Shown piece by piece: positions 59,840 through 64,000 of a DNA stretch of 64,000 bases. Under the pieces are notes generated by a model. The model searched no databases. It worked only from the letters and a program-made list of their open reading frames with translations, and was not told the DNA's origin. A program made the translations under genes and the position numbers. This DNA comes from Octopus sinensis (lineage: Eukaryota). The stretch lies in NCBI RefSeq assembly GCF_006345805.1, contig NW_021826031.1, forward strand, positions 186,001 to 250,000, written 5' to 3'. Numbering within the stretch: the first letter of the stretch is position 1; the number at the start of each line of letters is the position of its first letter.

Positions 59840-60820
59840 TTAAATGTTCAAATAAAATTCACGCAACTTCCAAAGACATCGAAAAAGAGCATAATGAACA
59901 AAACATTCCAACAAGAAAGACCCAAACCCTCTGTAAAAACCAGCAAATCCATCACTAGAAAGGATAGCAAGACAGCAGTCTCTGATACCCTCATACTTGC
60001 TCTGAACCACAATAACTCCAAGACCACTGGCATCGTCAATAATAGAACGAGTTCCCTGAACAATCAATCTGGCAGTGATGGTCCGAAAAGGATAGAGAAT
60101 AAGAGTGGAAAGACACGTAGAAAAGGCAGAAGTATAATATTCACAGAGAGAGCTATCCACAACAGAATTTATGTCTTCAGTCACCGAAGGATCAAGATCT
60201 CTGAAGACACGAACTAGGCGATCAATTCCGTTGCAGACTGCGCTGTCAATCAGGCAAAGCGGAGCCAAAACAAGAAAATGAATCGACGAAGCAGACTGTC
60301 CGACTCCGAATATACGACATACACTCATTTGGAGAGTTTCGACCACTCCAGGAGAAATGGAGGCAATGGAACTCTATTTTAAAAACTGGTCATTACTCTG
60401 ACAGATGTAACAAATGATGTAATGTGTAGAGGGATAAGAAGAGCAGAGGAAACCAGTTTTAGCAAAAAAGTCTCCATTGTACTGTTTCTGGTTGGAATAT
60501 ACTCAGTAAGCGCTATTTCTGTGAAATATCGACAGCCTTCAGTCAGTAAGGCACTGTGAAATCCCTTCCAGAGGCAATGGATACCCTCAATATAAAAGAC
60601 CTAGTTGTACCTGTGAAGAAGAAAGATTGTAAAGTAAGGGGATGACTGAAAATGGAGTGGTGTGGAGTGCAGATGTTGCTGTATTTATCTTATTATTAAC
60701 GAGGGAAGCAAAATACCTGAGATTGGCGACATACTACTAGAAAGGGATGAGAGACGGTCATCTGTGTTAGGGTACTGAGATATCATTGGTCATATAATAC
60801 CATAACAAGCCGCCGTCCAT
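59840..60820 (-). CDS. SLC25A46: mitochondrial outer-membrane carrier SLC25A46 (Ugo1-like)
   Basis: SHPFLVVCRQSQ, LYPFRTITARLIVQGTRSIIDD and KYEGIRDCC...DGFAGFYRGFG. Confidence 0.9.
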
Positions 60821-60999
60821 AACAAGAACACAAAGTTGAATTTATTATTTAAAATATATATTCTAAACATTCTATAAATATTAATCACTTTCGAATCGGT
60901 TGCAGGTATTTGGCCTGGGTATTTCTGATAAGCATTTTTCTTTCTTTCTGGTAAAACTAATCAAATAACACTTTAAAAAAGTCAATTTTACTTTTAATT

Positions 61000-62450
61000 A
61001 CAGAAAGCTGATTTCATAATTTCTCCGTGAATGTTTTTAGAATAACTCAAAGTGCTTTAACTTCAAATTTTCTTAAATGATTGTGGCTTTAAACTTTCAG
61101 TTTTTATCTCCATGAGTTTGAATTAATTTTGTTATTACTTTAGCAGTTTTTTCTATTTTCTGTTACGAGTTCAAATCGATTTATAGAATTTTGTCATTTA
61201 CAAAATTCTTTGAAAGTTTTGTACAAAATTGGGAATTTGAATTTTTATTGAATCAATTACAGAAAGCATTTTAATCTCCAATACTCCGTTTTGTGAATAT
61301 TTATAAAAAAGATCACCGGAAATGACTCAAAAATTAATCGAATGACTATTAATAGCAACAAATTCGTAATTTATAGATTTATTTTGTAAAAAGCTTAAAT
61401 GAGTTCAGTCAAAAGTATCAGGATAAATATTAGAGACTGGACAAAACAATGAAATTCAATTTCCCCAAAGCTCTTGCAATTAACAAAGAATTAGTATTCT
61501 GAATTTAAAATATTAATTACAAGTCTTCCCAGAATACGAATTGGATTTTTACCCGATCAGTCCTCTTCTCGAAATTATATCAAATCACATTGACGACAAA
61601 ACCAATTTATATCATATAATACGTTTATGATCGAGGAATTGATTGAAAAGAAAGACGTTATAACAGACCCATGAGACTTTGCATTGGATTCTGAAATCGC
61701 GTTATCATATGACTATAAACTCGTTAATGACTCACGAGACTGGTCGATTTGTTACTCGGAAGACAAAAAATCGTCCAAATTGTAACTGTCTGATAATTAT
61801 TTTAGTTTTCTGAGCACAGATTTACAATGATTGACTCGTTTGGGAATAATTTGGAATAAATCAAAATAGAATCAGAGAAATAAGTCTGAATGTTAAGTAT
61901 GGCCTTAAAATAAAAGCAAAAAAGATAATTCCACTGGTTTCTTCTGAGCATAATAGACGTTCCAAGCACTCGAGAATAACCTCTTGTGTCTACTTCATAT
62001 CGCAGATGGTCATTTTTATACAGAATATTCCTAAATACTCAATTCAAAACTTTGATGACTTTTTGTGTAATTTCAAGAGACAGGTTTTGAAAAACTCGTC
62101 ACAATTGTCTTTTCTAGAATAAAAAGCGATTATAGAAAAGCCATAAAGATTTTCCAATACTACATACACACCACAATATCACGCTTGTTTTGGACAAGTA
62201 AAAAATGGAAAAATTTGGATACTCTTCTGTGATTTGAACGATGTGTGTATTTTTTTAAATCAGTTTTTAAATGAAATCAAATAAGGGCTGATAGAAATGT
62301 GTTTTAAAAGTAACATGGCGGCCTTAAATTTAATCACAATTCTAGCTTTCTATCTATGTCAGGGGGAAGACTATTCTGCAAAAAAAATACGAATTAAGTG
62401 ATTTGGGAAATCATGTTCTGTCCCAAACGATAGCACTAAAGAGCCAGTCA
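61000..62450 (-). CDS. probable divergent multi-exon gene (helical/HEAT-like), unresolved
   Basis: Open stretches such as QEVILECLERLLCSEETSGII and ILGRL|NTNSLLIARALGKL, separated by 22-30-nt GT-AG tracts; full model not resolved. Confidence 0.3.
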
Positions 62451-62579
62451 ATTGGACATCTTTTCCATGGTGAAAAAATTAATAACCGACATTTATTAAT
62501 TAATATTGAATTACTTATTCGTATAAGTGTTTTATGTCTTTAATAAATTATTAATCTGAATGATTCTGTTTGTGGTGTG

Positions 62580-63680
62580 ATGGAAGCACGAGGATATGGA
62601 CAAGTAGTTTTGACCCTGAATCAAGTCGCACTTCCACCCGAGACGACTTCAAACCCCCCTTCCCTCCAAGAAAACCTCACAATTGACGACGAAAAAGCTT
62701 TGCGTTGGATAGGCTGTAGCATGATCCAAAAATGTTGTATCCTACTGAAATTACCCACTGTATTACTCAATAATGACCTCCCAGTCCGCTGCAGCAACAG
62801 CACAGTCACTATTCCACCGATATTTCTACAGAAAGTCCTTTACGGGGAAAGTTCACTTGAAAAATGTAGCAATGTCATGTGTAATATTGGCCTCCCGCAT
62901 TGAAGAGGAGCCGCGGAGATTCCGCGATGTAATCAACGTGGCAACCATACTCGACCAGTTAGAGAATAACAAGTAAATTACTATTCACAAAACCAGACCA
63001 CTTTGTCCTGTTTTGTTGGATAGTCAATATGTTCATTATAAAAGAGAATTGATTGAAACTGAAAGGAAGATCCTCAAAGAATTGGGATTTGCAGTTTTTC
63101 CTCAACATCCTCATAAAGTTTATCCACTTTCTCACTCTTAGGTTATTATTTTGTACTTACAGACTTTGATGTTGGCGGATTATGCTGAAGTAGTGCAGTG
63201 TTCATGGTATTTTCAGTATTTATTCATAGGAATTTGATGAATGACTGTCAGAGGACGGATATCCTTATTAGGTATAAGCAAGAAGAGGTCGCCATGGGTT
63301 GTATTGACCTGGCCACTCGTCTCTATTCAGTATTGTTGTTTAATTAGCCAGATTGATTTGCCTGGGGATTCTTTTTATCATATTATTCGAGTTAGTTCTG
63401 AAAAGGTACGAAATGTTGCCTCTGAAATACTTTCTCTCTATTCTCTTGGATCTGTAAAGTTTTTGGTTTTTCATATTTAGCCAAAGTCTTCCTCAGTTGC
63501 TTCTCGGTTGGAAAGTTTATTTTTCCGCTGAATACTGTCATTCAAATTAAGAAGATTGTGGAATCTGGTTATTGATCAGATATGGAGTAAATAGATGTTC
63601 ATTCGCCTCCAAAGAAAAGGTCTGAGGTCTGTAAATCGAGGAAAAGTAATAAAAGCAATTCAAGTCGTTTAAGGATTTAA
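62580..63680 (+). CDS. CCNL1: cyclin L
   Basis: [19 protein letters not shown]|..[41 protein letters not shown] and [19 protein letters not shown]; 25-nt intron 62760-62784. 3' end approximate. Confidence 0.92.
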
Positions 63681-64000
63681 ATTGTGACCAATTCGTTTTT
63701 AATTGAAATCATTTTATTAATTACAAAGTTTTGCGGATAGATAGTAAGGAAACTATAACCCCTGATAGCCGGCGAGACTTTCTATGAGGCTTCGTTTGTA
63801 GATCTTCTACATTCATTTCTAAAATAGAAATTCTTTTTTAATTTGTTCCAGTTTGTTAAAAGTGGACGTTTTATTTGCTGCATAACTAAATGTGTGAATA
63901 ATTGGTTAAGAATCAGTAAAAATTATTGTTGGATAAACTATTTCAAAAATAGCAAGACAAATTAAAATGTAAACCTTTTCCATACAATCAATTAGTACGC

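Overview
AT-rich, compact eukaryotic genomic DNA, almost certainly from an animal. It carries about 18 recognisable or probable protein-coding genes broken by extremely short spliceosomal introns (mostly 22-30 nt). Recognised genes: PRPF4B kinase, TBATA/SPATIAL, an SLC17 transporter, VPS36, a multi-TM protein, a PACT/TRBP-like dsRBD protein, a divergent beta5-like proteasome subunit, a Sel1-repeat protein, MTCH-like, CHAF1A, a CELF protein, DLEC1, a ZIFL1-like MFS transporter, BBS7, a PRODH2-like dehydrogenase, SLC25A46 and cyclin L. Between them lie many mostly decayed and often nested transposons: Merlin, Ginger, Tc1/IS630, pogo/Tigger, hAT, MULE, APE-RT LINEs and eight pieces of a CRE-like RLE retrotransposon that carries an N-terminal PHD finger. 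Ultra-short introns plus ciliary genes and metazoan TE families would fit a miniaturised ciliated animal such as a dicyemid; this is inference only. The least explained region is 39.2-40.6 kb, where two fixed-spacing 105-bp repeats precede a strongly structured, non-coding-looking segment (candidate small-RNA genes, possibly SL/snRNA-like). Gene models were spliced by hand, so some internal junctions and ends are approximate. No CRISPR, rRNA or tRNA was found.
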